Assembly (NCBI RefSeq): GCF_006345805.1
Contig: NC_042997.1
Span: 99,634,001 to 99,698,000 of the forward strand
Origin: Octopus sinensis
Lineage: Eukaryota
DNA length: 64,000 nt
Reading direction: 5' to 3'
Part shown: positions 14,265 through 27,552 of the stretch, piece after piece
Layout of the letters: each line of letters opens with the position of its first letter
How positions within the stretch are numbered: position 1 is the stretch's first letter
Position numbers and translations under genes: made by a program
Notes under the pieces: generated by a model
What the model saw: the letters and a program-made list of their open reading frames with translations, nothing else
The model's database searches: none
Told to the model about the DNA's origin: nothing

Positions 14265-14660
14265 GGCACAGGTGTGATAGTGTGGTAAGAAGCTTGTTTC
14301 TCAACCACATGGTACCAGGTTCAGTCCCAGTGTGACACCTTGAGCAAGTGTCTATTATTATAGCCTTAGGCTGACCAAAGCCTGGTGAGTGGATTTGGTA
14401 GATGGAAACTGAAAGAAGCCTGTTGTATAAATATACCTCTGTGTGTATGTGTCTTTTATGTATTTGTCCCTCACCACCACTTGATAACCAGTGTTGGTGT
14501 GTTTACATCCCCGTAACTTAGCAGTTCAGCAGAAGAGGCCAGTAGAACAAGTACTAAGCTTTACAAAAAAATCAAGTACTAGAGTCAGTAAGTTCAACTA
14601 AAGTTTTTCAGGGTGATGCCCGAGCATGGCCACAATCTGACAACTGAAATAAGTAAAAGA
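14265..14660 (+). mobile_element. tRNA-derived SINE family A, representative full-length copy; others at about 760, 7400, 7712, 10030, 15780, 19900, 36032, 40950, 41125, 58670, 63838 (plus) and 4590, 5470, 12630, 21530, 45960, 46945, 57795 (minus)
   Basis: Head GGCACAGG..GTGTGGTAAGAAG..GGTTCAGTCCC, CCTTGGGCAAGTGTC core, internal (TA/TG)n, 3' part ending GAAACAAGTAAAAGA. Confidence 0.85.
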
Positions 14661-16176
14661 TAAATATTTATATAAGTATAAGCTGATGTTTGGAACATAG
14701 ACTGACATGAAGTTTTGATGGAAGGTCTTGATTCGTAGAATATAACTAAGGTGCTCTCAGACGAGTGGGTAGCAAAAGGGTTCAAGTAATTTAAATTAAA
14801 ACCTCTCATTAAAGTTTAATCATCATCATCATTTAATGTCCGTTTTCCATGCTAGCATGGGTTGGACAGTTCAACTGGGGTCTGGGAAGCCAGGAGGCTG
14901 CACTAGTCTCCAGTCTGATCTGGCAGGGCTTCTACAGTTGGATGCCCTTCCTAACGCCAACCACTCCGTGAGTGTAGGGGAGGCTGGCAACGGCCACGAT
15001 CAGTTGGTGCTTTTTACGTGACACTGGCACAGGTATCACAACTACAATTTCCATTTGATTTTTTAATGTTATTTTATATTACACATATTAGATTAACGAT
15101 ACAAAATTATTTTACTAAATTAATTATTTTCAAAATTAACTGAAATAAAAGCAATCTATTTCAACAGAAATATGGTAACAAAAGAGTTCTGTTTTAACCT
15201 TTCATCACAATATTTCAATTAATCCTGGAAATGATTAAGTATTTAGTAAAATAACTATGTCATTATTTAGCAGGTGTATGAAATTTCAATGGAAGGTTTA
15301 GATCCCTTGAAAAACTAGACGTTTTTAACATAGAACCAGGGATGGCATCTGGTGAACTGGAATCAAAAAAGCATTAAACACCCCATCCAATATTTCATAA
15401 GTAATTTTAGGAGATAAATTTTGTTGCTATCAAATGTATATAGAATTTATTTATAGTATGTGTTTATGTCTACATAAACAAAACAAAACTATTTCACTGT
15501 TATCAATCCTCATCAATGTCAATTATATTTTGGAATTAATTCCTATCTGCAATTATGAGCAAAATTTTGTTGTAATTAGTTAGACACTGAGCAGATACAG
15601 CCAACAAATGTCGATATATTTCTAAAAGTAAAATGAATGTTTGGTACTACTGGCAAACATGGAATTACTGCTGCCAATTTTCAATAACGAGGACTTAATA
15701 CAGAATGTAAGCACTTTCATTATCAACAACTTTAGCTTAAAATATTTCTGTATTTTCAATAGAAATGTGTAATGGCACCAGTACAGCTGAGTGAGCGAGA
15801 AGCCTGCTTCTCAAACACATGGTTTGGGGTTCAGTCACACTATGTGGCACCTTAGACAAGTGTCTTATGCTACAAGTCCCAGGCCAACCTAAGTTTTGAG
15901 TGGATCAAGTACACAGAAACTAAAAGCAGCCCTTTGTGCATCTGTGTGTGTGTGTGTGTATATATATACAAGGTACCATTTTATATATAATTTTAATTTC
16001 ACACATTGTTTTTGATTTTGTTGACTACACCATATAGTAGGGGCAGTTGGGCGACATCTCTAAGAAAAACAGTGCCATGACATAATTCACTCTGCCAGAA
16101 ATTTGGAAACAACATGCTGTACTTGGCATTCACAACTGAAACTCCAATACAAACATGGTGAACACACAGAACAACC

Positions 16177-16445
16177 ATGTCCCCAAAACACTTACTGATA
16201 AAAATCAAACATCCAGTCAACATCATGGTGTTTAGAGTGATCACTAGTGATGGCAATGTTATGCTGCCATTCATCTTCCCATACAGTCTCAGACTCAACA
16301 CAGAGGCCTACATCAAGTGCCTGGAGGAGGTAATGCTGGGTCAAGAGGGTGGCCGCTGGAAGACCCTATGTATGGCAACAGGACTCTGCACTATACCACA
16401 CAAGCAGGAGAACCCAGTAACGGCGGTAAGACAATTTGTGACCAC
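16177..16445 (+). mobile_element. Tc1/mariner (maT/DD37D-like) transposase fragment in PSMB5 intron 5
   Basis: KHPVNIMVFRVITSDGNVMLPFIFP..LRLNTEAYIKCLEEV, then after a frameshift GRPYVWQQDSA. Confidence 0.75.
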
Positions 16446-17145
16446 AGAATGTAATATTCTAGTCTTCCATACTGTATGTATAAGCTGCAATTCCATAGGG
16501 ACCATGCTTTCCAGTTATGCCAAACATTAAATAGTACTAGCACTACTCACTCAGCTGTTGTAAATGACACCAGTTATCCTACATTTCACATTATATCATT
16601 ATTACTGTCCTTTATCACTTGCTCTTCCTTATCATCATCATTTAATGTCTGTTTTTCATGCTGGCATGAGTTGAACTTAACAGAAACTGGTAAGACCAGG
16701 GAGAACACCAGGTTCTATACTCCGTTTTAGCTTGGTTTCCATGGCTGGATGCCCTCCCTAACACCAACCACTGGGTGCTTTCTTATGTGGCACCATCACC
16801 AGTGTTTTTAAGTGACACCAATACCAGCACCAGTGTTTTTTTTTATGAGGCACCCACAACCACACCAAAGCTTTCACATGGCACCTTGTTTTTAGAATCA
16901 CAATTCTGTTGTGATGGGTGGGTCTTGTTGAGTAAGGCAATGAGCCACATATCTCAGTCCTCTGTCATCTCCTCCGTAAGGTTCAGTGTTCCTCTATTTA
17001 CAGCTAAGAAAAAACAGGGATTTAAAAAACATCCAAGGGCCAGCAGCAGGTATAAGCCCATGAAGAGGTAGGCTGACACTTTTAACTCAGTCATTACACC
17101 TTTTGAATTTACAAGTATCAAAAGAAAAAAAAACTTAATATATAC

Positions 17146-17175
17146 CTTTTTGTCCCATCCACAAATCATGGTTCC
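17146..17175 (-). CDS. PSMB5: PSMB5 exon 5, 30-nt microexon: GTMICGWDKK
   Basis: TTTTTTTAG acceptor, GTATAT donor, phase 0-0; fills exactly the conserved GTMICGWDK gap between exons 4 and 6. Confidence 0.95.
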
Positions 17176-18997
17176 CTAAAAAAAAGAAAAAGATAGCGAA
17201 TAAAAATGAATCAAGAATATACTGATACAGATATTTTAAAACTAAAATTAATAAACAACCACAAAACCACCAAGTTATTTTTTACAGTGGGTTACCATAT
17301 TTACATGCTTACAAAAAGGCCTGACTAAATAATTCCTACTGAGTGATTCACTGGCTAATAGAATAGACTTTTGGCATCAAATAAGCTGCCACAGACTAAC
17401 AAGAGACTGTACTAGCAAAAAGCAATGAATAGTAGGATAGCACATGCAGCTCAACAAATGTGCTATAAGAATAACTGCTTAATGCCACCTACTTTCCACT
17501 TTCATGCTGAATACAGTATAGTTTTTTGGAAATATACCCTTAAAGAAAATATTCACCCTCCCCCTATCTCTCAGAACACTCTTTCTTTCTTACTCTCCTT
17601 TATACAGGAAGCAATTGTAGGTGGAAGCTGCAATTGACCCCAGTCAAAATACCCATGTATGTGTGTTAAATGCTGGCTAAATTCTAAATGCTACACTCAA
17701 AACCGATAGCAAGGTGCCATGGTGAGATGAAGTATATTAACTGATCCTAAGTCATTGCCATGTGATAAGTATCATAGAGAGATTACCAGAGATCCCATAC
17801 TTGCATCTAAAAGAAAACCCAGAGGGACTTGTATGTAGCTTCTAGAGAAAACATGAAGCATGTCTATATGAAGAACTATCAAATAAAGCAAATAAATACT
17901 AGGGGCAGTATGCCTCTAGATTTAGGCATTAATTACTGAGCTCATTAAATACCAACTGTTTCCACAGCTTCACACACGTTAAAGACAGTAATGAAATACA
18001 AATGAAACATGCTTGCAAGCCAGAGATTGCTACAGCACACACTGGCTCTATTACGGCTTGAACTCGTAATTGTGAGGTTAGTAGTTCAACAGCTAAACCT
18101 ACACTTGAACATCTCTAAAAGAAATACAACTAGGTAGCTCCACTTATATAATGTACTTTAATTCTGTGAGAAAATTTTAATTATAAAATATAGGGTGAGA
18201 AACTGGAAATATAGCCCAATAAATTTAATTGAAATGTTAAGAGATACAAATTTCAGTTTTCACCAAATAATTCTAAATTAGTGATGCAAAGACCATTTCC
18301 TCTTTGCTGGCAAAGAGAGACAACAATTATGAAAATTGGGTGGATTGAAATTGCTCCAAGAGGGTTTCTACATATTTCTGAGAAACCACAGCCAGCCAAA
18401 TTTCTCTTAAACTATACTTTAACATCATGTAAATGACATACTGGATAGTGTAATCCATGGTACACTAATCCAAAAAACAAAAAGAACAAAAATCAACTGG
18501 AGAGTCATTACTCAAATGGTTTTAATCATAGGTCAGCTTGATCAGGCTGGCTTGGAGCTCCACGACTAACACAGCCAAGGGTTGTAAGTTTAACAAAAAT
18601 ACAAGAATTTTAAACTATGGCATTTTACTTTAAATCAAACTTTTCAAATTTCAACTGAAAAACTATTTGTTTGAACACTTTTTGGAGTTTTTTTTTTCCA
18701 TACTACCATCAGTCAGACAAGTCTTTAATACAAAATTACTTTAAGATACCAGTGCCAAGTCATTTTTTTCTGAGACCAAACCATCTTAGGTATCTTTGAA
18801 CTATTTCCCATACTGCCTTTTATTTACCTCTTCCAAACTTACTTCCCACAACCAACTCAAGGCCCTTTTCACCCACCATCTGTTATTCATTCCCTAAATG
18901 CCCTTATAAATAAAACTGAACGCATATTACTCATATTACATAATTACTCAGTAAAAACAGAAGAGGAAAAGCAAAAGGAAAATATAAAACAACTTAC

Positions 18998-19097
18998 AAG
19001 AGAGAGACCCATTCCTTTGTAATTGTACAAGATATTCGCAAGCAATTTGGATGCTGCAGCCACAGATATACGTTCCTTATTCCTTAGTTCATAGATC
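18998..19097 (-). CDS. PSMB5: PSMB5 exon 4 (100 nt): [33 protein letters not shown]
   Basis: TTACAG acceptor, GTAAGT donor; canonical beta-5 peptide; phases match neighbours. Confidence 0.98.
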
Positions 19098-20730
19098 CTG
19101 TAAGAAGAACGTTGATTGGCTTTATTTTCACTAGTATAAAGCTTAATTTTATACAGAAAAGAAGTACTTATAAATGATTTAATCAGCTCAAAAATGTAAT
19201 GCAGAAGCTGGAATACTGAAGCTTGAACTCGCGCACATTTAGCCAATGATGGAGTAACTCAATATCACAGCCATTCATCATCATCATTTAACGTCCGCTT
19301 TCCATGCTAGCATGGGTTGGACGATTTGACTGAGGTCTGGCGAACCAGATGGCTGCACCAGACTCCAATCTGATCTGGCTGAGTTTCTACAGCTGGATGC
19401 CCTTCCTAACACCAACCACTCTGAGAGTGTAGTGGGTGCTTTTACGTGCCACCGGCACGACGGACAGTCAGGTAGTACTGGCAACAGCCACACTCAAATG
19501 GTGCTTTTTATGTGCCACCTGCACAGGAGCCAGTCCAGCAGCACTGGCAACGACCTAGCTCAAATGTTTTTCTACATGCCACCAGCACAAGTGCTAGTAA
19601 GGCGACACAGGTAATGATCATGCTCTTAGTGCTCCACTAGCAAGGATGCCAGTCATCAAATTTGATTTCGATTTCACTTGCCTCAACAAGTCTTCGCAAG
19701 TGGAGTTTAGTGTCCAATGAAGGAAAGGTATACATAAGTGGACTGGTTACACCCCTGGCATAGGCCACAAGGTTATGGTCTCACTTGCGCTTGCCGAGTC
19801 TTAAGTCTGGGAGACAAATGGATGCAGTGGCTGTCAAAGCAGTCATCAATGCTAGACTCAGAAGTCTTAATGGGACACAATTTCAGTTGTAGATTTGATG
19901 GACAGTTGTTGATACTGTGGTTGTATAACAAAGTTTTCTTCCCAACCATGTGGTTTCAGATTCAGTTCCACCACACAGCACCTTGTACTTTTTTATTATA
20001 GCCCCAGGCCGACCAAAAACTCAAGAATGAATTTGCTGGGAAGAAACTAAAAGATGATCATTGTGGGTGTATATTTGTGTTGGTAGGTACGTGCATGTGT
20101 ATGCATTGTCAGTTTCTCCATTAAACAAACTGTCCAGTAACTTCATATTTTCAAAGTCATATGGAATAAGAGGTTCCTTAAAATAACAGGTAAGGGTTAG
20201 TATCAGGAAGAGCAACCTGCTGTAAAACAATATAATAACATATCTATCCAACCCATGCAAGCACAATATATATACATATATATATACAGTATCTCACAGA
20301 AGTATGTACACCCCTAAAAAATTTCAGTAAAATTGCCATTACACTGATAATATCAAAGGAAATCAAATAAAATTTATAGTGAATAAAATATATTATACAT
20401 GCAAACATTATACAAATTTGGAACACAAAACAAACATTTTCAAAGATATGAATAAAATATTAATTTTTAAACGATACAAAAACATGTACACCCTAAAGGA
20501 TTATTTGCTATATTCAATATTTTATGCACATTTTTTTAATAAATTCAGATATTGCTGATTAATTTCAATTCTAATAAATTATTTCCCTTGGCATTTTTGC
20601 ACCGATCATTGTTATTGCATCTGCAGGAATTCTGATTTGTGTACTGTGGTGAAAATCTTCACTGAGATTAAAATGGCACCAAAAGGAAAAGAATTGTCTG
20701 AAGATTTGAAAAAAAAAATGAAAGCTATAC

Positions 20731-20842
20731 CTGCACTGTCTGGCTAGAACACGTTCCCAGTAGGCACAATCAGCAGCTCCTCCAGCCATGGTACCCAATA
20801 AGTATGGGTTGATTTCTATCACTTTCTTTACGGTTTGAGAAG
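20731..20842 (-). CDS. PSMB5: PSMB5 exon 3 (112 nt): [38 protein letters not shown]
   Basis: CTCTAG acceptor, GTATAG donor; Lys33, Met45, Ala49, Cys52 (mature numbering) of the chymotrypsin-like site. Confidence 0.98.
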
Positions 20843-23800
20843 CTAGAGAAAACAAGAACATTTGGTTTTACAATTGACAATGAATATCTAAGAAATGTTA
20901 AATGAAAAAAAAAAAAAAGGAAGAAAATTTTTAGTATATCAATAAAGTGATTGTTTTTTAAATACATGAAAAGAAAGCACATCATCATCATCATTTTAAT
21001 GCCCACTTTCCTATGCTTGCATGGGTCACATGCAATTTTGTAGAAGCAGATTTTTTTACAACCAGATGCCCTTCCTGTAACCAACACTCACCTGTTTCCA
21101 AATAAGGTAATATTTCTTTGCAACCAAGAAGACTGAAAATAAAGGACACAATCTGCATGATGGAGATATTCATTACCAACTACCATGCAATGTCAAGGCA
21201 GGAAGACAGTAACTCACACACACACACATCATTTAACAGCTGCTTTCCATAGTGTCATGGGTTGAATGGTTTGACATGAGCTGGTAAGGCCAGGGGCTGC
21301 ACAAGGCTCCATTTACTGTTCTGGCATGGTTTGTACAGTTGGATACACTTCCTAATGCTAACTACTGTACAGACTGCACTGAGTACATTTTATGTAGTAC
21401 CAGTACCTTTAACATGTCACCAGCACAAGTGCTTTTTATATAGCACCGGCAGTGGTATCAATTCCACCATAGTGAATGGGTCTTTTTGAGAACAGCAAGG
21501 CATCAGATATACACACACACATGACCAGCTTCTTTCAGTTTCTGTCTACCAAATCCACTCAAAAGGCTTTGGTTTGCCATGGGTTGTAGTAGAAAACACT
21601 TACCCAAAGTGCCACATGGTGGGATTGAACCCAGAACTATGTAATTGAGAAGCAAGCTTCTTACCATAAAGCTACACTTGCACTGACAATATATATTTTT
21701 ATTCTATGTTCAAACCTTTCTTAGTCTGGTTTTGCCTTTCATTCCTCTATGGTCAATAAAATAAATACAAAATTATGTACTATTGTCAATCTCAATGGTT
21801 ATATATACTGTTCCTACAAATTTGTGGCCTTGCGTTGAAGTTAGTAATCAGTAATTGAAAAGGTATTAAGCACCAATTGGTTTTATTTAGGGAGCCTAAA
21901 TAAACATAATTTATCTTAATTTTTGTCTTTCTCTTGGATAAAGTTAAATTTCAGAACAGATTAAACAAATCACAAAACTATTTGGTAGCACAAACTAAAA
22001 CCATCAGATGCTACAAACAAGGTTTAAGAAAATTTGTCTTCAGTCATATTTCAGTGACATCAAACAATAAATAAAAATCAACTTCTTATGAAGAATTATT
22101 TAAAATGAAATGAACAACAAAACCAAATTATCGTTAATTAATCTCAGACTATGGTACAAAGGTAGTCAGTTGAACAATTAAATATGACTCACAGTCTATT
22201 GTCTCAGATATACCATGCATCTGCTAAGCCTAGAACTTTTGAAACATAAGTTTTTACATTATTGTAGAGCCTTTCTGACCTGCTGCACAAGCAAGAGTTT
22301 AAAGTTAGTGCTTGGCTTAACACAACCCAAATAAAGCAACAAAAGAGTTTTCATGTAGCACCTCAACTTACTAGAAATAACATCCAAATTACAATTTAAA
22401 AAAGAAATGACGTGGACAGCGTAGTTATAGATATACCAAGAGACAGAATGTTAGGATTGGAATGCTTTTGATAACACTTCTGCTCCATTAGAACATTTAT
22501 TCATGATATCTAATTGGAGGAATTGAGAATTAAGTCTTTGGTGGGAACACAATGCAGGGCTTGTAAATATGATCTGAAAGATCAGCCTTAGTCAAGCAGT
22601 TTTACAGCTTGCATGTAGTTACTTGAACCAGATGTAATTTATCAGATATACCTGCTTCCACTCCAACAGGTAGTGCTGAATCATAAGTGGTAGACTGTGA
22701 CAGCCTGGACATATTGTACACTCTCCACTGGTTACCCTATTTCTATGTAGATGTAGATTCTAATGGGAGTCACAGCAGACTTTTTAGGAATTATATAACA
22801 TTAGTGTAGATGTCACATAGTAGATATTACTATCACTTAATATGTTTAGTTCAAATCGCAGAGGGTGACTTTACCTATATCATTCAAGCAGTTCATAAAA
22901 TCATCATTTTAGCATCCGTTTTTCTATGCTGGCATGGGTTAGACGGTTCGACTAACTGGTAAGCTGGAGAGCTGTACCAGGTTCCAGTCTGATTTTGACT
23001 TGCTTTCTACAGCCGGATGCCCTTCCTAACACCAACCACTCTAAGAACGTAGTGGGTGCCTTTTACATGTCAGCATCATGAGTGTCTTTTATGTGTCACT
23101 GGCACAGCCCACAACTATGATTTCACTTGGCCTGACAAGTCTTCTCAAGCACAGCAAACCTCCAAGGTCTCAGTAAATACCAAAAATATACTGGGATTAG
23201 TTCAATTTATGATACATATCCTCTACAAAATTAATAAGGAGCCTTGTCAAAAGTACACTACTAGTGTGCCATTACAAGATACGACTGTATAAATGAGATA
23301 ATTAAGACTTGCTACACAAACAATTTAACTACTAATAATGGCAGCCAAATCACACTCTATGACCTAAAAAAAAAGGGCACATTGGATAATGTAGTCCTAG
23401 ATGGACTGTGTCTGGAAAAAAAGATGGGACGAATATGATTGTAACTCCTTTCAAGAAAAGTCTGCTCAAAGGATAAACAAATCACATACAAAAGTACAAT
23501 AAGAAGGTAAACATCTATCAAAAACATTGATTAAAGAGGGAAATTTCAACTGATGAATATTTTGTGTATACTGCTCAGTACATCTCTTAACTTTATCTCA
23601 ATACATGCCATTGACTCGAGTTATTTCCCTAAGCTCATTTAAACTGTCAAAAAAGAAAACAATCATAAATTTTTGCTATATGTAAAAGTTATTGTCAACA
23701 GTTCAAAGCAACCAAGCAAGTTATATTATGTTGATGAAGTTCAAAGAGGATGAAACATGTCCATAGTTGTCCGTTTGCCTGAAAATCAGAGTAAATTGAT

Positions 23801-24047
23801 TTAGGAAAATTAATTCTTAATTTCTTGAAATTATCTCCCCTCTTTTTTTGAGTATTACTTAACAATTACTACAAATTTGTTTTCTTTCCTTTTCTTTCTC
23901 CAAGGAAAATTTCAATTAATTTTAAATATTTCAGATACATCGTTCAGAACATCACCACTTTACTTATTAGTTAAATTATTTGCCAGTATAAATAAGTCAA
24001 AAAGCAAAAAAAAAGTTCACATACAAAATAAGTATTTTTCTACTAAC

Positions 24048-24192
24048 CAATATAGGCACCAGCCGTAGCCCGGGAATCCACAGCGACAATGACACCATGT
24101 TGAAACTTGAATGCTAATGTAGTAGTTCCATGATTAAAGTGAATCTTTACTTGACTTTTTTCATCTGTAAACTGCTTCAGGTTTTCAACAGG
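24048..24192 (-). CDS. PSMB5: PSMB5 exon 2 (145 nt): [22 protein letters not shown]|[26 protein letters not shown], autocleavage site and catalytic Thr1
   Basis: TTTTTTAG acceptor, GTTAGT donor (phase 1); HG/TTTL and DSRAT motifs of beta-5; not in ORF track. Confidence 0.97.
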
Positions 24193-24228
24193 CTAAAAAA
24201 ACAGAAAATTTCGGTGAAAATAATTTAA

Positions 24229-24448
24229 CCCTTTCATTACCAAACCGGCTGAAACCGCCCCTGGCTCTGAGTACAAATATCATGTTTTCATAAGTTTTGA
24301 ATTAAAATCTTCCACCAAACCTTTGTCACAATTTATGTTCCTAACACTAGCTTAATGATAACTAAGTTATTTTACTAAATTCTTTGTTATATTTAAAGTA
24401 ATTGAAAGAAACACAGAGCATCTTAAAATAAATACAGTAACGAAAGGG
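24229..24448. mobile_element. piggyBac-type MITE family 1 (220 bp)
   Basis: TTAA on both sides; TIR CCCTTTC(A/G)TTAC..GTAACGAAAGGG; highly similar to 32493-32712. Confidence 0.9.
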
Positions 24449-25436
24449 TTAAAACATATTGATATACTTGGGGACGATCATATTTTTTTTCTAATTAAAT
24501 GCACACACAATTTATTTGCTCTTCACTTTTAGTTTATATTCATGTTATTTTTAATTTGTCTATCAAAGTTCTTTTGTCACACATTCTATGACCTCATCAG
24601 TGACTCTCTGTCCCATGTGTCTCCTCTTGTCCTGCTTATTTACATCAAGAATTTTGCAAAACAAATTACATAAATGTAATTTAAAAGAATCATTCTTAAA
24701 ATAGTCAAATAAACCAAAACATTGTTTGGTTTTATTTTCATTGAACATCAATTTTTACTATGCAATTCTGGGTAGGAAGAGTTCTGCAAAAAGTTATCTA
24801 CTGCATATTGTGAATTAACTGACTTTATGGCTGGATGCCTTTCCTGCTGTTAAATAAGCACAGGCATGAGATGGCATGTGGTTAATAAGTTCCCTTCACA
24901 ATCACATGGACTGGGTTTGTTGATCCCACAGCATGCCACATTGGGCCAATGTCTTCAATCACAGATTTGGATCAATATAAGCCTTCTGGGTAGGTAGATT
25001 ATGCCAAATCTTCAGATGCATTGTAGCAATATTGATGGAAACATTCAGACCAGATGTCCAGTTTAAAGACTTAAAACTCTTCATCTCTTTCTTCCACCAG
25101 TCTTAGAGGTCCTGCAAAAATGCCATGAGCACTGTGCTTCTTCCTCTGACTAATCTATTAAAAATGAAAAACTACTCATTCATTTATATCAGCAATATAG
25201 TTAACAAAAAGGAGGCAAGCTGGCAGAATCATAAACATGTCGGAGAAACCGCATAGCAGCAGTTTTTCTAAGTGCAAATTCAGCCAAGGTTGACTTAGCT
25301 TTTCATCCTTTTAGAGTTGATAGAATAAGTCCAGTTTTGCACAGGACTCGATAGTCTGCAAGTTCTCTTGCCTTATAAGCAGGCTCAAGTCACTGATCAG
25401 AACTATCTCCACACAAACAGCATGCTAAAAATGTTA

Positions 25437-25942
25437 CGAGGGTGAGTCAAAAAGTAATGCCATTTTGTTTAGGACAGGCATAATTACCAACACAGGAACA
25501 TGTATCATACATCAAAATGAAGCTGGTCCTCTGTGGATCACATCCCTACTTCTCAACGTAGTCACTGTTTCCCTCAATAGCAATGTTTCACCTTCAAATG
25601 AGAGTATGTATCCCTGTCCTGTAAAATTCTGTTGACTGTTCTTTGAGTCACTTCTTCACTACAGCTTTCAATTCCTCTTCGCTGGAATAATGTTTGCCTC
25701 TCAAACCCTCTTTCATGGGGCCAAAGAGATGATAGTCCAGTGACAAGGAAGTGAAAACTGTAGTGAAGAAGTGGCTCAAAGAACAGTCAACAGAATTTTA
25801 CAGGGCAGGGATACATGCTCTCATTTGAAGGTGGAACACTGCTATTGAGAGAAACGGTGACTATGTTGAGAAGCGATGTGATCCACAGAGGACCAGCTTC
25901 ATTGTCCTAAACAAAATGGCATTACTTTTTGACTCACCCTCA
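25437..25942. mobile_element. Fold-back mariner-derived MITE with long inverted arms, in PSMB5 intron 1
   Basis: TA flanks; TIR CGAGGGTGAGTCAAAAAGTAATGCCATTTTGTTTAGGACA; both arms carry the transposase 3' end (KKWLKEQSTEFY..GIHALI*RW..ERNGDYVEK) in opposite orientations. Confidence 0.9.
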
Positions 25943-27185
25943 TATTTCTTCCACTCAGCCCAGATGAGCATCAAAAATACATACACACAAAAAATAGCTG
26001 TAATATCAATCATCTTAATAATATCAAGTTGGAATGCACACCAACAATGTAATGCAGGTATGCTCTGGTTAATTCTATTTTACCATCACCAGCATTTATG
26101 GGGTTGCAGAGAAATGGAAAGTTTACATGCTTTGACAGTTCTACTGCACTTAATATTTATTCATGACTGAATGTCAGGGTGTACAATTTCTTTTTTTTTA
26201 AAAAAAAGGCAAAAGCATGATACAACTGGAAAAATAAACTGTAGGTTGCACTTAGCTATTCGACTGACTAAGCTTAGTTAAGTTAGCCAAAGGACTGCTC
26301 AATCGGACAGGATTTGGGGCTATGTAACAATAACCTGTCACTTTTCAACCAAGTGGCTCTATAAACAGAAAATATCCTTGCAGATAAAGCTTCAACATTC
26401 ACTATTTGCTTTATTTTCAGCACCAATCTGCTGGCAAACAACAGGTTGCTAAGTGTTGATACATATCCAGTCACTTGAGCTAAAAGGCAACTGAACTCAC
26501 TTGAAGTTAAATAACAAAACCTTCGTCCCCCAAAATTACTTCTTTTTCAGAGCTAAAAACTTCTTGAACTCTTAACATTCTACAAAGCTCAAGTGAGGTC
26601 CACAATGGGATACTGCTCTCACATCTGAGACGGTGATGCTATTACATGTACATCTTAACTGCATCCAAAAGAAAAAAAAAAAAAAGACCATACAATAAAT
26701 ACACTGGCATGGTCACCAACACACTCCAACTTCCAAAACATACATGTGATATTGCCTGTGCCTCTTCTATTCCTACAACAGCCTCTACTCCACGGAGTTA
26801 TTGATCATTTACCATCTCAAACCAACCCACCTTGCCCGTACCTCTTCCAATCGTCACTCATATTGTCAATTCTCGCTCCACTCCTGTGCGAAGTTCCCAC
26901 ATTAACCAACATGTCCAGTTCCTCCTTCATCAAAGTATACAAGGAATTTCCAACTAAAAGTTGTCCATGATGAACATCAATTGCATCGGCCTCACCTAAC
27001 CCGGATAGTCTGCGAAAGCTATGCACCCAGTATCCTACATGAAATCATTAAAAAGATTAATTTCAATGAACAAATTATTAGATATTTCAAAACAGTGCTA
27101 AATAGGATTAACATATTTTTGATAAAAACATAGCTCAATCTAATCTAAACAGAATATAATTCAAACTAAAGCAATATAGGTACCG

Positions 27186-27187
<2 letters not shown>

Positions 27188-27274
<87 letters not shown>
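27188..27274. repeat. (TA)n microsatellite in PSMB5 intron 1
   Basis: Direct reading. Confidence 0.95.
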
Positions 27275-27279
<5 letters not shown>

Positions 27280-27408
27280 GTTAACTGTGTACACTCAATA
27301 TATAACGTATACTATATGGCAGTGTCTGTATATACATTCAGCCAACATGATGAAGCGGTTTTTCTTCTTTCAAAATGTACCCAGGTAATAATAGAAAATG
27401 AGACTTAC

Positions 27409-27552
27409 ATCAAAATTTTCAGGAATCGTAAAATGGTCTGATGAGTAAAGGACGTTATTAGTCAGTGAATTCGAGCCAAATGGTCCACTAGACAATGAGA
27501 AATGATCTCTTCCGTAGTCGGTTGAGAAACCGCAAACTTCCATTAACGCCAT
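27409..27552 (-). CDS. PSMB5: Proteasome subunit beta type-5, coding exon 1 (propeptide MALMEVCGF...IPENFD, 144 nt)
   Basis: ATG at 27552 in AAGATGGCG context; GTAAGT donor after GAT (phase 0); joins in frame to exon 2. Confidence 0.9.

Noticed and set aside
26700-27040. GC-richer island with short ORFs on both strands in PSMB5 intron 1
   Set aside because: No convincing splice sites or protein motif; probably an old repeat fragment
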